Shown here piece by piece: positions 44,059 through 44,747 of a DNA stretch of 44,747 nt. Location of the stretch: sequence record PP069512, one strand, 5' to 3'. The stretch comes from Escherichia phage TR3. Position 1 is the stretch's first letter. Each line of letters begins with the position of its first letter. The notes beneath the pieces were generated by a model that saw nothing but the letters and a program-made list of their open reading frames with translations, did not search any database and was not told the DNA's origin. The position numbers were made by a program, and so were the translations under genes.

Positions 44059-44086
44059 TTGCGCGGTCCTCAAACTAGTGTATAAT
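44059..44086 (+). promoter_or_regulatory. candidate sigma70 promoter for capsid gene (TTGCGC-N16-TATAAT)
   Basis: Canonical spacing; about 40 nt upstream of capsid ATG. Confidence 0.45.
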
Positions 44087-44124
44087 TGACTCGTACATAC
44101 CTAACTGAAAAGGAATAAACAAGA

Positions 44125-44747
44125 ATGGCCATTAAATTTGATGCAGAACAAGCAAAAATCACCGCTCACCTAGAGCAAATGGGCGTAGATAAGGCTGATG
44201 CTGCTGGTATCTGGACCGTTAAGCAGTTAACCGCATCACTGAATCGCGCTTACGAAAAAGAATACGCAGACAACTCAGTTGTCAACATCTTCCCAGTAAC
44301 CAACGAAATCCCTGGTCACGCGAAATACTTCGAATACAATGAGTTCGATGGTGTTGGTATTGCTCAGATCATCGCTGATTACTCTGACGACCTGCCGATG
44401 GTTGATGCTTTCATGACCGAGAAGCAGGGTAAAGTATTCCGCTTCGGTAATGCGTTTATGATCTCAGTTGATGAGATTAAAGTTGGCGCTGCTACTGGTC
44501 AGTCACTGTCCGCTCGCAAACAGGCTTTGGCTTTTGAAGCTCACGACAACCTGCTTGATAAACTGGTATGGTCTGGCTCTGCACCTCACGGCATCGTAAG
44601 CGTATTTAACCAGCCGAACATCAACAACGTTGTTGCAACTCCAAACTGGAGCAATCCAATTAACGCGGTTAACGACGTTACCGCAATGATTGATGCTGTA
44701 GAAACCAGCACACAGGGCTTCCACCATGTAACTGACATTCTGCTGCC
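44125..44747 (+). CDS. major capsid protein, N-terminal part (3' end beyond window edge; continues in 2..322)
   Basis: Open frame from ATG 44125 to window end (207 codons); RBS AAAAGGAA; not in ORF track because no stop is reached. Confidence 0.6.
   Translation, partial: MAIKFDAEQAKITAHLEQMGVDKADAAGIWTVKQLTASLNRAYEKEYADNSVVNIFPVTNEIPGHAKYFEYNEFDGVGIAQIIADYSDDLPMVDAFMTEKQGKVFRFGNAFMISVDEIKVGAATGQSLSARKQALAFEAHDNLLDKLVWSGSAPHGIVSVFNQPNINNVVATPNWSNPINAVNDVTAMIDAVETSTQGFHHVTDILL

Overview
The window reads as an essentially complete, circularly permuted genome (44,747 bp) of a T1-like siphophage of an enterobacterial host. The major capsid gene starts at 44125 and continues in frame across the window edge into 2..322. 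Modules in order: head-tail joining genes, major tail protein, G/GT tail chaperone with a -1 frameshift site, tape measure and lambda-like M/L/K/I/J tail-tip genes (+ strand); a leftward lipoprotein cassette; recombination genes (exonuclease, Erf, SSB); a leftward tailspike; primase, helicase and VRR-NUC; clusters of small early genes; an HTH-metallophosphoesterase / HAD phosphatase / NMP-kinase trio; a pinholin - SAR endolysin - u-spanin lysis cassette; a leftward P-loop NTPase operon; a tRNA-Arg(CCU); and TerS - HNH - TerL - portal - scaffold - capsid. The strongest unexplained signal is regulatory: about 15 copies of a conserved dyad box (ATAGCAC-N3-TTGYTA) sit 22 bp (21-24 in four copies) upstream of a TATAAT-like hexamer, a spacing that does not fit sigma70 and suggests an activator-dependent phage promoter class. 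Other notable signals are an amber-interrupted, internally deleted paralog of the P-loop NTPase gene, two paralogous AT-rich non-coding control regions, and a TTGCA iteron-like array. All functional calls rest on motifs read by eye; no database search was possible.
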